DNA of 64,000 nucleotides from the human T2T-CHM13v2.0 reference genome, Homo sapiens, in assembly GCF_009914755.1 (NCBI RefSeq), contig NC_060929.1; one strand, given 5' to 3'. Position numbers and translations under genes: made by a program. The notes beneath the pieces were generated by a model that worked only from the letters and a program-made list of their open reading frames with translations, did not search any database and was not told where the DNA came from. Positions 12,811-29,111 of the stretch are shown here, in pieces. Positions within the stretch are counted from its first letter, which is position 1. Every line of letters begins with the position of its first letter.

Positions 12811-15800
12811 TGGTTATATATGTTCATGACACTTTGGTCTAGCTAAGTTCATTTGGAATCTAAGATAAGTTTTTATCGTTTTTATTATAAATTAGTGGTT
12901 CTTCGTCTGTAAAATTTTAAGCCCGCCCATTTATAACATTTTGTAAGGCTTCTTTATCATTCTGAAATGAAATCTATATGATAAAATGTACTGATGTATA
13001 TACCTTCAGAATAAGACTAGGGCCTTTATATGAATACAAAAGAGATATTTAAAGAGTAATTAATAATAAAAGCACACATTTTATTGAGAAAATGTATATG
13101 CCTGATGACACTGGAAGACATGATACAGTTACCAGAGGTGTAGACCTCTTCACAGAACAGCTACAGATTATGAGGGCTTCAGTGGCAAATGAGGCAGGAA
13201 CTCATTTTCCAAAATGGAGAACAACTATTTGTAAAGTTCAACATTAGCCAAGTGTAGTCTCCACCCAATTTACATAGCAGTTGCAATTCTAGAAAATCCT
13301 AGCTTTTGTGTGGGGAAAATGTATTATGCATCTACATAAAACAATTAGATTCTAGGCTCAGATAATTACAAACAGAATCTTGACCCACGTAAATGACCAG
13401 TAAGACATTCAAAAGTTCTGTCATGCAAGGTGAGGGCAATTATTTACACAAGACCATCCCACAAATTGCCAGATCACAGAGCACCTCTCATCCCCAATCC
13501 CTGCTCACTAGAAACCAAGAGTGCCCTTCAATTGTTAAGATATTAAAAAACACCCCTACGTATTTCCAAAATGTGACTCCCTACAAAGACACACTGCCCC
13601 CGTTATGCCCCCATTGATAACTTCTAAATAAATTACGGTGTGGTTTCACATCTGTGTGAAACCTGCCAACATCAGGGCTCAAAAAAAAAAAAGTATAAAA
13701 AGTGTCATTTTTACCCAAGAACAGATGCCTAAGACCACTCTCCCTGTCCCTGTTCCCTTCCTATGTGCCACATCAGTTTTCAGAAAACTGATAGGTCAAA
13801 GAGGGAAACTGATCTTCTGGAAGCTCTGAGAAGGCTACAGTGGCTCATAGAGCGCCAGCGGCCAGCAACCAAGCGAACGTTCTGGACAACGGGGAGATGA
13901 GCAGCCACAGGAGGCTGCCAGTTACATGGGCATGTGAATGCCCCAGGCTGGTCCTCCAGACCTCATAAAGACACCAGGGCAATTGTGGAGGAGAAAATAA
14001 GAAAAACAGCATTTTATAAACAGAAATAATCATCTCTTCTAAATATTCAGGAATAAAACTACAGTTTAAATGTTCTACATTTAACTCTACTTTTATTATT
14101 TTATCCAGAAAAACAACAGTACTTTTTAAAAAACAATGTTATTTGTATTGTTTGACATCCATGAGAACTTTTAAAGTGTAATATATTCCAGAAGGATTTT
14201 CAGAGAATGCTTTTTATAGCCTTAAACTGCTGTTTCACGCTATCCCCATAAAATCATAAACAGGAAATGTCTTGCCTTTTAAAATAAAGGCTTAGTTGCA
14301 AATCAGTACATAGTTTAAATAATATGTATCTTTTGGAAACACAATCATGGCAAGTTATCAGATTTTTATGAATGCTTGAGGTTTTGTGGGGGTTTTTTAA
14401 AGCCACTTATCACTAATAGATAACATTGTGAAGTTTTTCAACATATTTGCAAACACCAGATATGTATCCAGCATTTTTTAGCGGTTAAATTAATGATTAT
14501 TAAATATGTAGCTGTTAGCCTTGTCATTGACAGAATATTAGTAGTGATACAAGAACAGAGCAATTGAAGCTTTATTTATAGTAGTGAAAAAGTGGGAAAC
14601 GACCTGAAGCCCAAAGCAATATGCAGAGGGCGATAGAATTAGTTTAATATGGATGTTGTATAGCCACTAAAAATGATGGTTTTTAGACTATTTTAAAGCA
14701 GGAGGAAAGGTTTGCGATATAGTAGAGGAGAAAATAGTGCCTAAGGTAGTATGATTTCTTTTATTATCAAAAAATAATAATCCAGAAGAAGAAAGAAGTT
14801 AAGTGATTTTTCTTTGGGTGATAGTTAAGTTTATCTTCTCCCCCTCCTCCCCACACCTTTTTATTTTTAACAATGAGTGTGTGTTTAGTGAGGAAAAGAG
14901 AGATTGTAAAGGGAAATGGCTTTGTTCTTATAGAACAATGCTAGCTCTTGCTAGTAACCTTAACATTTTTTATAGTTCTTTTAAATCAGCATTCCTCCTA
15001 AAATCCTCAAAATCTGTAGGTCAGTGAAGTGGCTAACATTGGTTTTAGGCAAAAAGAATGGTTTGGAGAAAGAAGACAGAGCAACTGAAATAAGAGGTTT
15101 CCTGGAGGCACAGGAGCCAAAAAATAAAAAATAAAAAAGTATAGGTCAGCCTAGCTGGAAGGAAAGCCTAAATTAAGAGACTGAAGCTAATCTAAAACTA
15201 GTGCTAAAATTCCCATTCATGAGTATGATGTATCATCTAGGAGCCCAGATTTGCAGGCCAGTACTACCTGAAACTCAGGACTGAGATTTTTAACTATTAA
15301 TACTTAATTATACTACTTCACTGCTTATATTAACATGTGGCCTTGAGCATGTTTCTTAACCTCTCTCTGAGTGTGTTTTCTTCCCTGGAAAATGTTCTAG
15401 GTGATTTACATATATTTTTAATCTTCACAGCAACTCAGTAAAATTGCTGTTATTACACTCACTCTACAGATGAGGAAACTGAAGCTTAGGTTAACCTGTG
15501 TAGGTTTACCAAGCTAATTATACTCTGCAGATACCCATATCTTTTATGACTCCAAAGCCCAAGCCCAAGCCCTTCATACTAGCCCACACTTTCTACAAAA
15601 ACGTTTATATCATAGCATACTACCTGCATGCAGATATCCCTTTATCAGAGCAAGGGGAAAGGTGGTGGCAAAAGGGCAATACTGAGATGGGGGACTATCA
15701 TGAACAAGCCAAATACGGTTGCTCTTTCAAACCATGGTATTCCTCCAATGTTCAATATTTATTAAGAATCAGGAAAAGTGAGTTTTGATGAATAAAAAGT

Positions 15801-17404
15801 ATCTGCCCCTGTTTGTTATCCTTGTCTGGGTTGGCTCTTGTGTCCATCTTCAAGCTTCCCAAAGCAAACCTCCATTCACACAAGCACATTCTGGAGCAAG
15901 TCAGAACCTCACAGGGAGAAGGAAGAGGGGCTATCCCCATTGCTGTGCCGGGCTCTGTCCTTGGAGCTCCAGCAGACAGGTGCTGTTCCATCAGCACAGC
16001 CACCGGCCCGTCCTCTCTCTTCCCCTTTCTGGGTTCAGCATTGCCTCCGTTGCTTCCCTCCCTCCATTCCTCTCATTATCCTGCCTTCACCAACTCTCTC
16101 TGTTTCTAATGCAGAGGAATTTAGATCTGCCCCAGATCTTGCTCACCACCCCTACCCTCTCATCTGTATATGGCAAAAACCATTAACCAGAAGATGAAGT
16201 CTGCAACAAAACAAAAAGCCCCCAGTTTCTAGAGTGACCTCCACTGAAAACACTTGGGAGGGAAAAGGGGGGAATTATAGGTAACAAGACTTTCCTGTCG
16301 TATATTTAAAATCAAGGTGATAGATTTATTCTGTGTATTTGAGGGAGTTGAACGATTTACATACATGTCGCCAGCTATCTGAAGAGGAAAAATGTGGATT
16401 AACTGGCACTGTAAGCCACATTTATTCTAGTGATGTCTTAGGACTTCTTATAGATAAGGATTATCAGACAGCCGCCTGCCTAGATTCCCCCTTGACCTCT
16501 ATCTGGTGGTAACTGCACTTCCTTTCTTTGTACTGAAGACATTTTATATATTGGTAAAACAAGGGGGAAATGTTGCTTTTTTAAAAATGTTATCGGAATG
16601 TAAATCAACTCCCCTCCCTCCTTCTCTATAAAAGCAATTGGGGTGACAGAAGTAAGTGGGTAAGTCAAGGCTGCCTCTCTCTGAATTGAGAATGAGAAAG
16701 AATAAAATCATGGACCTGGAAGGCAACAGATGTAGCCACATGGAACTGTCTTACTCCAGAGCTTCCTAGAGCTCTGGACCCCAGCTGCTCAATGGGCTGA
16801 CCCCAGCTATGGGAGAATGGGGTGCCAGGAAGTAAACAGATTTAGAGCTTGCCATTTAGGCAAGACCTGACGGTGGTTCTCATCCCCAGGGGCAACTGGA
16901 AATGGGGGCGGGCCCATGTCCGCTTGTGAAAATGACTAGGGGCCCCTGCTGATAGCCGGTGGTGGGAAGGGGCCAGGGTGATAGACACTGGTAGTGCATG
17001 CAGAGCAAAACACTGTTGTCCACACTGCCCATAGTGCCCCTCTAAGGACACTGGGCCAGCATTCCTGATGTGCAAATAGAGTCCTCACGTGGAGGTCCAG
17101 CTAAGAGCTCAGTCAAAAATCTGAAAAAAGTTTTAGGAAAAGCAACTTTCTTGCCACTTACTCTGGGACAGTGAACTAATGTTAAGTGGCAGGGGAGGTG
17201 TTCTAGAACAGCGACTTTCAAATATGAAAGTCGCATGCCATTAGGGTCATGAAATCAATTTAGTGTGTCACAATGAGCAACCTTTAAAAGTGGAATAGAA
17301 TAAAAGCAAATAGAAAATATCAGCATGTACCATTAGTGAGAGAGAGGGTGTATGTGTGTTCACTAATAAAAGATGGAAAATGTATTTCTTACTGCGGGTC
17401 CCAG

Positions 17405-17588
17405 ACTTCTGAGTTGCTAGTACCACAGGCATGAGCCACCACACCTGGCTTATTTTTAAAATTTGTTTGTAGAGATGGGGTCTTGCTCTGTTGCCCAGGT
17501 TGATCTCAAACTCCTGGCCTCAAGCCATCCTCCCATGTTGGCCTCCCAAAGTGCTGAGATCACAGGCATGAGCCACCACACTTGGCCC
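17405..17588 (-). mobile_element. Partial Alu
   Basis: reverse Alu left arm and linker. Confidence 0.85.
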
Positions 17589-17589
17589 G

Positions 17590-18688
<1,099 letters not shown>

Positions 18689-18782
18689 TTTCCAATTACG
18701 TGTGTTTCAATCCTATATGTGAAGGGAGGAGATAAAGAGTATGAGAATTAAAAAAGCAGTAATCTCATCAAATTTTTTACAG

Positions 18783-18932
18783 GATGTAATTTCACACAGT
18801 AAAAAGCTGAACAAGAAAAAAGGAGGAGAAATGGAAATACTGAATAACACCGACAACCAAGGAATAAAAAGTTTGAGTAAGGAGAGGAGAAAAACACTAG
18901 AAACATATCAGCAGCTGTTTTACCTTTTACAG
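18783..18932 (+). CDS. IQGAP2: IQGAP2 exon (~22): DVISHSKKLNKKKGG...KTLETYQQLFYLLQ
   Basis: ttttttacag acceptor, CAG|gtgaga donor; 150 nt, phase 0-0. Confidence 0.97.
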
Positions 18933-19019
18933 GTGAGAACAATTTATCGTTCACTCTGAGTTTGGGAGTAATACTATGTTACATGTTTGTGGCTTACAGG
19001 GAGTATTTTGTCATGCTTC

Positions 19020-19260
19020 AGCTATAATAGCATACATGTTTTGAGCATCTACTAAGTACCAAGTGCTGTTGTTGGTGCTTTACATACATTATCTCATTTA
19101 ATTCTTACCATAACCCTGGGAGCCGTGAGAGAATGAGTACTGTTGTTATTCCTGCATTACAGATGAGAAAACTGAGACACAGCCAGTAAATGATAAAGCA
19201 GGGGTTTTGAAACGCAGGCAGTTTGACTTCAGAGACCATGCTCTTTACAGTATTATACTA
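19020..19260 (-). mobile_element. MIR
   Basis: gagcatctactaagtaccaagtgct...attacagatgagaaaactgag core. Confidence 0.7.
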
Positions 19261-20428
19261 CGGTTACCTTCAGAAACAATATAAATCTGATAATAACAAA
19301 ACAAAAACAGGTGCTGTCATCCATGAAAAAATTAAAATAACTGTATGTGAAAAACAGATATTTACCAGAACCAGTCTCCCCTTCTATGGGGGAAGAGCCA
19401 GAGGGTTTGGGATTTCAAAATAATATTTCTTTTTTCTTGTATTATTTTCATGGCATTACTATGATCTAAATGAATAGTAATTTTCCATTGCTTCCTGAGT
19501 GTTGGTGAGAACTGATAAGTTTGACTGGTTATGGTTGGACTTTGATGGATCACTTATTGTTTTGTTTGACCATTGATTCAGCCCGTCAGCCCTACTAGCA
19601 CATACAGCTAGTCACAGAGGAAACTGCATGATAGCAATAGAAATTAACAAGCATCCTCTTCAGCAGGAAAAGTTTCCCCAAAGAGGTGGATCCATAGTTC
19701 TCCCTTGTAAGAGTCAGATGTCTCTCAGAGTGGGGCCACTGCTGGGATTCCTTCAAAGCCTGGAGATGCTTAGATCTTTGTTTGAGGATGTCACTGGCAG
19801 TAGATGTATAGAGAGCACATTACACAAACCATAAATAAGAGGCGTGGCTAACCTCATGGAGAAACACGATGTTAATTTTGGTAGGTTTGAAAATTCTCTA
19901 CTTGGAATAAGAGATTGGAGAACATCTTCAAACATACGAACATCTTCACACAAGTGGCCACCACATGGCGGCACAGAAGGAAAAGCTTAACAGTACTTAG
20001 AATTGTCTGTGGAACCCACTGTTTCACGCCAGCAAACCTAGAAAGAAAGGGGGCTCACTTTAAACAGGAAAGGACTTTGGTCTGCCTAATTTAGTAGTCA
20101 ACCACCAGTTTGAAATTTAATCTTAGGCACTTATCATTTTTTACACCCATGAAATTTCAAGCATATTGAAGATTCTTTAGAATTTAGTTTTCTCAATTTG
20201 ACAGAATTTGTCATAAGTTAAAATCTAGTCATTGTTTATTATATAGGTGGAGGCACATTTATGGGAAGAAGAAAAAGTGCAGGAGCATGTTTAGAATAAT
20301 TCCACCAAACTTGATCCGCAAACAATCCAAAATGTACAACCAAAGGGTGCAACCATTCAGTTGTATCAAGTGAACTCTCTCTTGAAATCATATATTTTTC
20401 TTCTCCTTCTCTTCTTTTGAGGCGTTAG

Positions 20429-20806
<378 letters not shown>

Positions 20807-21630
20807 AGCAAAAATTCTTAACCAAAGCCGCAGTCAGCTAGTATAGGTTTTTGGGGGGTTTGTCTCTTCAGTATGAACCTAAATTTAAAATTTTTAGGTA
20901 ACCTTAGGAGGAATGGTGAGTAGGCATCTTTCTTTAGTTATAGAGTAAGTTTCCTTTCTCCTAATTCCTATATACTTCACATTGAAAAACAGTCACTACA
21001 GAGCTATCAAGAAAAAGTACTGAGCTGCTTATTTATAAAATTTCAACCAATCATTATGAACTTAAAAGTAAACCTAAGTGATAAAGTAAACCAGAATTTA
21101 AGGCTTCTTAAAAGCTGCCCAAACTGCTTGAGTATATTAGATGAATACCAGTTTTCAAGTATGGAAAAATTTTCTTCTCTTGTCAGAAAGAAGATGAAGA
21201 TTAGGAGTATTAAATTTCTCTTTGTACATACTTCCTCTATAACCTGAACATTATTGTTCTCTTTGAACTTCTACCTGGTAGGTGTAGCTGCTGGAGAAAA
21301 GCCACATCACCATGAAGGCTGGTTCTGTATCCAATGGGTCCATCCTCATCAGAGCCCACAGGGTTCCACGTCCATTTTAAGTTCTTTGTTGTTTTTTGCT
21401 CATGGTCTTCTGGCACTTCCCTTATCAACTGTCCTGACCTTCACCCCTCTCTTCAGCCTCCCTACCTCACTCCCCCTTCTCACTCTGTGTAGAACATTGT
21501 GGCCATTTTGCTGTTTCCACATTGTAAATGTATTCTTTTCTTTTTCTTTCCAGTCTGACAAGATAGTATGCATTTCTACTCATCTATCAATCCTTCTAGG
21601 CCAGTCTATGTAGCCGGGCCCTTAGTCCAC

Positions 21631-21930
21631 TTTCTTTTTTTTTTTTTTGATACAGAGTCTGTGTTGTCTAGGCTGGAATACAGTGGTATGATCACAGCTC
21701 ACGGCAGCCTTGAAATACTGGGCTCAAGTGATCCTCCCAACCTCAGCCTCTTGAGTAGCAGGGACTGCATGCGCACACCACCACACCCGGCTAATTTATT
21801 TTTACTTTTTTCTAGAGACAGGGTCTGTCCATGTTGCCCAGGCTTGTCTCGAACTCCTGGGCTCAAGCTATCCTTCTGCCTCTGTCTCCCAAAGCGCTGG
21901 AATTATAAGTGTGAGCCACCATGCCCAAGC
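21631..21930 (-). mobile_element. AluJ
   Basis: reverse Alu with poly-T. Confidence 0.9.
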
Positions 21931-22428
21931 TTTGCCAGTGTCTTTGGACACCAGATTCTACTGGCTACCCGCCCTGTTTTCTGCGTCTCTACAATAAATA
22001 TTAATATGTGGTTCAAAAAGGTCAACAGTGAAAAGTAGATATAATATGTTAAGTGTATCATATAGTGTGTATCATTTAAATCCTATCATAATTTTCTACT
22101 ATAGCTTCCTATAGTATGATATGAATAATATTAAGTAATTAATATTTGATATTAATATTTTAAAATATTAATATATGATAGGAAGCTAAAGTAGAAAGTT
22201 ATGTAATATCAGTCTATAGGAAACTGTAGTAGAAAGTTACACTATATACTAATAGCATAGAGATGAGTACCTGGCATATAAAAATTATTTTATATACTCA
22301 TCTATATGCTTTTAGTGACATTAAGTCATTGAAGAGCAGGGAATCAGATACTGCTTTGTGCTTTAATAATATATTAACTTATTGTTTTGTGGGATTTTTT
22401 TGTTTTCTTTTTCCTTCTTTCCTTCTAG

Positions 22429-22592
22429 ACCAACCCTTTATACTTGGCTAAGCTGATTTTCCAGATGCCACAGAACAAGTCCACTAAATTTATGGATACT
22501 GTTATTTTCACACTATATAATTATGCCTCTAATCAGCGAGAAGAATATCTACTTCTCAAGCTTTTTAAAACTGCTCTGGAGGAAGAAATAAA
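22429..22592 (+). CDS. IQGAP2: IQGAP2 exon (~23): TNPLYLAKLIFQMPQNKSTKFMD...KTALEEEIK
   Basis: long polypyrimidine tract plus tag, gtatgt donor; 164 nt, phase 0-2. Confidence 0.97.
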
Positions 22593-23613
22593 GTATGTAT
22601 ACAAATATGTATGTAAAAATACCAGTGAATCAATCCTTTTGTTAGTGGTGGCTGTCTTTGATTTACTAAAATTATTTTTAAATTCTTATAAGTTATTCCC
22701 ACATATTAAAATATATCAAGTTTCTTGAGAATACTTCTATATTATTAGAGCTATATTCAAGTACCATTTTCTCCCACCAGTGATACTTTCTCTAGTGTTA
22801 AATTAACTTTTGATTTTGTATGCCTGTAACAACTGAAAATCAATAGCATATTGAAAGTCAGTGAAAACATTTAACTTAATTAAAATTCTGAGTAGTAAAG
22901 CCATTAACAGGTGGGAATGCAGAGTGCAATCTCTGCCTAAATAGTCTTCCCTTCTTTCTAGAACTTAAACTACTTTTGCTAATTTATTTTCTGACTCAGT
23001 TAATGTAAAAATTGTATAGGTAGCTATAATGAGTGGGCTGAGAAACAAGCATGAGAAATGTCCTTAGCTCAGGTGGCCTCCCTAACTTGTGGAAACCTTA
23101 AGTTATACCAGTTCCTATTGGTTTTGGGAGCACGGGAGCCAGGCACCTCTGCCCTCCAGGTGTCTGTAAGCCCACGAGACATGTGATTCGTGAGAAATAG
23201 GAATGCTATGCAGTGGAATGTGGTAAGTACTAAATGAAGGACGCGTCTAAATGAAGGACATGTACAATGTATCAGGTTAGAGGACAGGAGGAAAGATTCC
23301 AACTAGGTTGACTAGTAAAGATTTTATAGAAGAGGAGGTGCTTGACCTAAAACCTTGAGGAACAGCTACAATTTTTATAAGAAGAGATAGAAGAGGGAAA
23401 TAAGGCACAATGGTGGTGGAAACAGCATGGGCATAGGTCCCAGGAGGAAAGTAGATTAGTCTAGCCAGAAAGTGACTTAATTACTAACTACCAGGAGATG
23501 AATCCTGAATGATAGGGTAGGGCCAGGTAGTGGGAGACTCTGAGTAAAGGCCCAGCTGTTAAGGCTCTATTTGCTTTTTGGGGATCTGTGAAATCTTTTT
23601 TCTTCTTCTTCCT

Positions 23614-23858
<245 letters not shown>

Positions 23859-23977
23859 TGAGGGGAGAACATGGGTTTTGGTTGGGCTCTGGTAGACCAG
23901 TTATTCTTTTGTTTGGGCATTGATTCACCCTCATTCGCCTTACAAGCACCTACAATTAGTCAAAAAATAAACAAAAA

Positions 23978-24288
<311 letters not shown>

Positions 24289-24730
24289 TTAAAGGTGGGA
24301 AGAGGAGCACAGCAAAGAAAATAAAAAGGAATGACTGGGTAAGATAAGAACCAGGCATTGTCAAGCTCTAAAGGGGAAGGATGTGGAAGAGGGAGAGAAA
24401 GTGGTCAAGAGAGAAAGGGGAGGAAGAGAGGAGAGAGGCCCTAAGAATCAGCAACCATAAATCAAGAAAAGCTCTCTCAGCCATCTGACGTGGCTAGAAG
24501 CTGTATTGCAGCTTTGAGTGGGATTTGAAAAAGTGAAAACAGTTCATTCAATCAAGAAAGTTGTTTTTGAAATTTGATAACTACAGGGGCATGGTACTTG
24601 TACCGTGTCACCCAGTATTGCTAGTCCTGGTCCATTTTCAGCTCATACCTGCCTTCTAGATTGAAATTGAGGCTGTGACTTTATTTTCAGATCCTCAAAT
24701 TGCTCATCTAAGAAACATACACGTTATAAA

Positions 24731-25021
24731 CTGGGAACAGTGGCTCACGCCTGTAATCCCAGCACTTTGGGAGGCCAAGGCGGGTAGATCATTTGAGGTC
24801 AGAAGTTGGGACCAGCCTGGCCAACATGGTGAAACTCTATCTCTCTGAAAATACAAAAATTAGCTGGGCATGGTGGCATGTGCCTGTAATCCGAGCTACT
24901 CAGGAGGCTGAGATAGGAGAATCGCTTGAACCCTGGAGGAGGAGGTTGCAGTGAGCCAAGATGGCGCTACTACTCTCCAACCTGGGCAGTAGAGTGAGAC
25001 TCTGTCTCAAAAAGAAAAAAA
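24731..25021 (+). mobile_element. AluS
   Basis: dimeric Alu with A tail. Confidence 0.92.
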
Positions 25022-25148
25022 GAAATATACACCTTATAAATGATTGCTTGTTTTTAAAGCACACCAACTTAGATTTTCATAGAGAAAAGTATAATTCCAT
25101 GAAGTCCTTGCCTTCCAGAGGGAGAATACATTGTTTAAAACTGTATCC

Positions 25149-25730
<582 letters not shown>

Positions 25731-26569
25731 GTAATAGAATCAGGAAGGTGTTGGTCTTCTGTTATGTTTTATGATATTTTTACATGTGTATTTATTGATA
25801 CTCTTAAACTTTGTTAGGCGAACTGTACAAAGTCAGTTATCAATCCAAAATGTTACCTCCCTTTAACATATCCATGCAAATTACATCTTGATACTAAATG
25901 GTATTTTCACATTTCAGAGCCAGGTGATCCCCAATGCCACAACTTCCATAATTCTCTCCCTTGTTTATTTTCTTTGTGTATTTCTAAACCTAGACCTAGA
26001 GATGGTGTAGACTCTCTCTTTACCTGATAATACGTACTTTTCTTTACAGTTACCAGGCAAGTAACTTTAAGGTGTAAGGTTTAACAATCCAGGTTGGATT
26101 GGCTTATTCTGGGTGGGTGGTTGTAGATTTAAGCAACCCTAGCTTCTTGTTTCCTGTAAAAGGATGTCTGTGAAATAAAGTGTACACAGAGAATTATGTA
26201 ATTATGTGGGTGGTTGTTACAGTACTGTTTGTAATAATAAAAAGTCAGGAAAAGTCAAAATATTTAGCTTTGAGGGATTTGTTAAATAAATGTTTGTATA
26301 GCACATAATGGAATAAGTATTTGGAATCGTGGTATAGATATACATTTGTTGGCACAGAAAAAAATGTTCAGGGTATATATTCCAGTTGGAGTTAGGTGCA
26401 ATAACCCATTTTTCTGGGAAAAGAATGCTCATTACATACACCACACAGGATCTGTATAGAATGTCGATTACACAAATTGCATTACACCCATCAATATGCG
26501 AGGCCCACAGACATACATGCACAGAGGAGATTGGACAGTTATGCACTAAGGTATGAAAATTGGTTGTCC

Positions 26570-26842
26570 CAAACACCGCATATTCTCACTCATAGGTGGG
26601 AATTGAACACATGGACACAGGAAGGGGAACATCACACTCTGGGGACTGTTGTGGGATTGGGGGAGGGGGGAGGGATAGCTTTAGGAGATATACCTAATGC
26701 TAAATGACGAGTTAATGGGTGCAGTACACCAGCATGGCACATGTATACATATGTAACTAACCTGCACATTGTGCACATGTACCCTAAAACTTAAAGTATA
26801 ATAATAATAAAATAAAAAATAATTAATTTAAAAAAAAGAAAA
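26570..26842 (+). mobile_element. 5'-truncated young L1PA (PA2/PA3-like) 3' end
   Basis: 15-bp TSD GAAAATTGGTTGTCC (26555-26569, 26843-26857); GAG (non-Ta) at the ACA/GAG diagnostic site. Confidence 0.93.
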
Positions 26843-27195
26843 GAAAATTGGTTGTCCTCTCTGGTATTGTTTTAGATTATATGTGATTTTATTTTTCTGT
26901 AATGAACATTTGCTTTTTATAATTAAAAGAAATTTAGCTGAGTCTAAATTACCTGGGTCTGCCTCTTATCTTGCCAGAAGAGACCAGAGGGAAGGCCTCA
27001 AGTCCTTCCTGTTCCAAGTTGCAGAAGGTACCCTCTGTGAAGGTGGAGCCTCCCCTCATTTAGTAAACATTTTGTTACTGGAGTCAGTGGCAAAGTCCAA
27101 TTCACTATACAAAGCTTGACTATAGAACCAACTTGGCAGCAAAATTAATGCTTGTACCTAAGCCTCCAGTTAATTTAAAGCCTTTGTGTTTTCAG

Positions 27196-27336
27196 CAAGT
27201 TGCCTTATGATGTGACCACAGAACAAGCTCTAACATACCCAGAAGTGAAAAATAAACTGGAGGCTTCCATTGAGAACCTGAGAAGGGTCACCGACAAAGT
27301 CCTGAATTCTATCATTTCTTCCCTTGATCTACTGCC
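27196..27336 (+). CDS. IQGAP2: IQGAP2 exon (~25): KLPYDVTTEQALTYPEVKNKLE...IISSLDLLP
   Basis: ttttcag acceptor, gtaagt donor; 141 nt, phase 2-2. Confidence 0.96.
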
Positions 27337-27698
27337 GTAAGTTGTACTTGCAGCAAGTTTAACATTCTTTCCTGGAACGTTCTTGGAATACGATGTAAAA
27401 TAAGCCCCTGTAGTGAAGACAGCAGTTTTCCCTTATATTGTGTTTACTATTTTAAAAGATTGCCTACATTTACCTTTTAAATTCCTGACTGTTCTCTAAA
27501 GAAGGGGCAATACTTCAGTAGCAAACACAGCTCAGTTATTATCATCAGTGGAAGTCCTGTGATTCCATTACCATCTCATCTTATGTTTAATTTTTAGAAA
27601 AACTACTCAGCTGAAGTTGACTGGAACAATTGCTGTGTGTTTTTTCCTCACTCCGCCTTTTTTCCATTATTTTCTTTTGTCATCTGTTTTATATGTAG

Positions 27699-27783
27699 TT
27701 ATGGATTGAGGTATATAGCCAAAGTACTGAAGAATTCGATCCATGAGAAATTCCCCGATGCAACAGAAGATGAGCTATTAAAG
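27699..27783 (+). CDS. IQGAP2: IQGAP2 exon (~26): YGLRYIAKVLKNSIHEKFPDATEDELLK
   Basis: tgtag acceptor, AAG|gtagat donor; 85 nt, phase 2-0. Confidence 0.96.
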
Positions 27784-28223
27784 GTAGATTTTCAAGGGTA
27801 ATCTCACCATAGCTTCTCCTGGGGGTATGAATCAAAATTACCAACATATAACTTTGTAAGATTATTCCCCATGTATGATTATTTATAATAAGCTGCAGGT
27901 CTTCTGTTTCTAATGACTCTCAAGATAATTGATTAAGCTGAGGTTAATTTGGAGATCCTAGACATTATTGAAATTCTTTGCATTAGAGCATTTTGGGGGC
28001 AATGAGCATTTTTTCATCAAAAATAACTTTGCAAATTATGCTATTAATAATGTGTGATTATATTCATTGCCTTTATTAAACTCCTTGTTAGGATTTACAT
28101 CAGAAAATGATCTGCTTTCTCTTGGGAAATGTAGGAGAATATATATCTTTAAAAAAAAAAAGAAAACTAAAACTCTTGAGTTTTCTCTCTTAAAAATGGT
28201 CATGCACTTCTGCGTCACTCCAG

Positions 28224-28456
28224 ATTGTTGGAAACCTCCTGTACTATCGGTACATGAATCCAGCCATTGTAGCTCCAGATGGCTTTGATATCATCGACAT
28301 GACAGCTGGAGGTCAGATAAATTCTGACCAAAGGAGAAACTTAGGATCAGTGGCCAAGGTTCTTCAGCACGCAGCCTCCAACAAGCTGTTTGAAGGAGAA
28401 AATGAGCATCTCTCATCTATGAACAATTATTTATCAGAGACGTATCAGGAATTCAG
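28224..28456 (+). CDS. IQGAP2: IQGAP2 exon (~27), RasGAP signature: IVGNLLYYRYMNPAIVAPDGFD...SETYQEFR
   Basis: ctccag acceptor, AG|gtgaga donor; 233 nt, phase 0-2. Confidence 0.98.
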
Positions 28457-28870
28457 GTGAGAGGGGCCCTTAGTTTTGGAGAAACGTGCAAGAATGGTAG
28501 GCAAGAATAATATGTGCTCTGTGCCCAGAGCTAGAGTGGGCATGGAGGACAGGAACCCCAGGTGGTTACAAGCATTTCTTCTACCAGCCACTGGGGAAAG
28601 AGGAGAGAGGGAAGTGCAGGCAAGATTGCCTCTGTCTGGCGATCCTATCGCACCCCCACCACAGCACTCCTATTACACTGAGTCTTTTCTGTGTGTATTA
28701 TTTCTGCTGCTGACAAAATGGCATACTTGTTCTTCCTTGTATGCTACAGGCTTCCAGTACCTAGAATTTAAAAATCAAAATAGCAGATTTCTGCTTCTTT
28801 CAACTTAAGAAGAGAGGAATCATTTTTAAAAAGTTTTCCGGTGAGGAAGAACTTGCTTATCTACGTCAGA

Positions 28871-29111
28871 TACATTTGACCCTTGATTAACACAGGTTTG
28901 AACTGCTCGGGTCTATTTATATATGGATTTTTTCAACCAAAGACAGAGAGAAAATACAGTATTCATGGGATGCAGAACCCACATATACAAACAGATGACT
29001 TTTCACATACATGGGTTCCACAAGGCCAATTTCAAACTTGAGTATGCACAAATTTTGGTGTGTATGGGGGTCCTGGAACCAATCCCCCAAACATACCAAG
29101 GAACGACTGTA
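28871..29111. mobile_element. MER8 (Tigger2-derived) DNA transposon
   Basis: TAcatttgacccttga...ccaaggaacgactgTA termini, ~240 bp. Confidence 0.8.

Noticed and set aside
13840-13980. Small CpG-enriched patch
   Set aside because: Too short for a CpG island; no ORF, RNA-gene or splice architecture that I could support
15752-16197. Overlapping ORFs of 83-133 aa
   Set aside because: No recognisable protein similarity and biased pyrimidine-rich composition; consistent with chance
16860-17000. GC box (GGGGCGGG, ~16905) in a mildly GC-rich patch as a promoter
   Set aside because: A single motif with no CpG island or linked exon; insufficient support
21568-22038. 156-aa ORF and other Alu-spanning ORFs (18174, 34079, 49513, 55442 etc.)
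   Set aside because: Typical antisense-Alu translations
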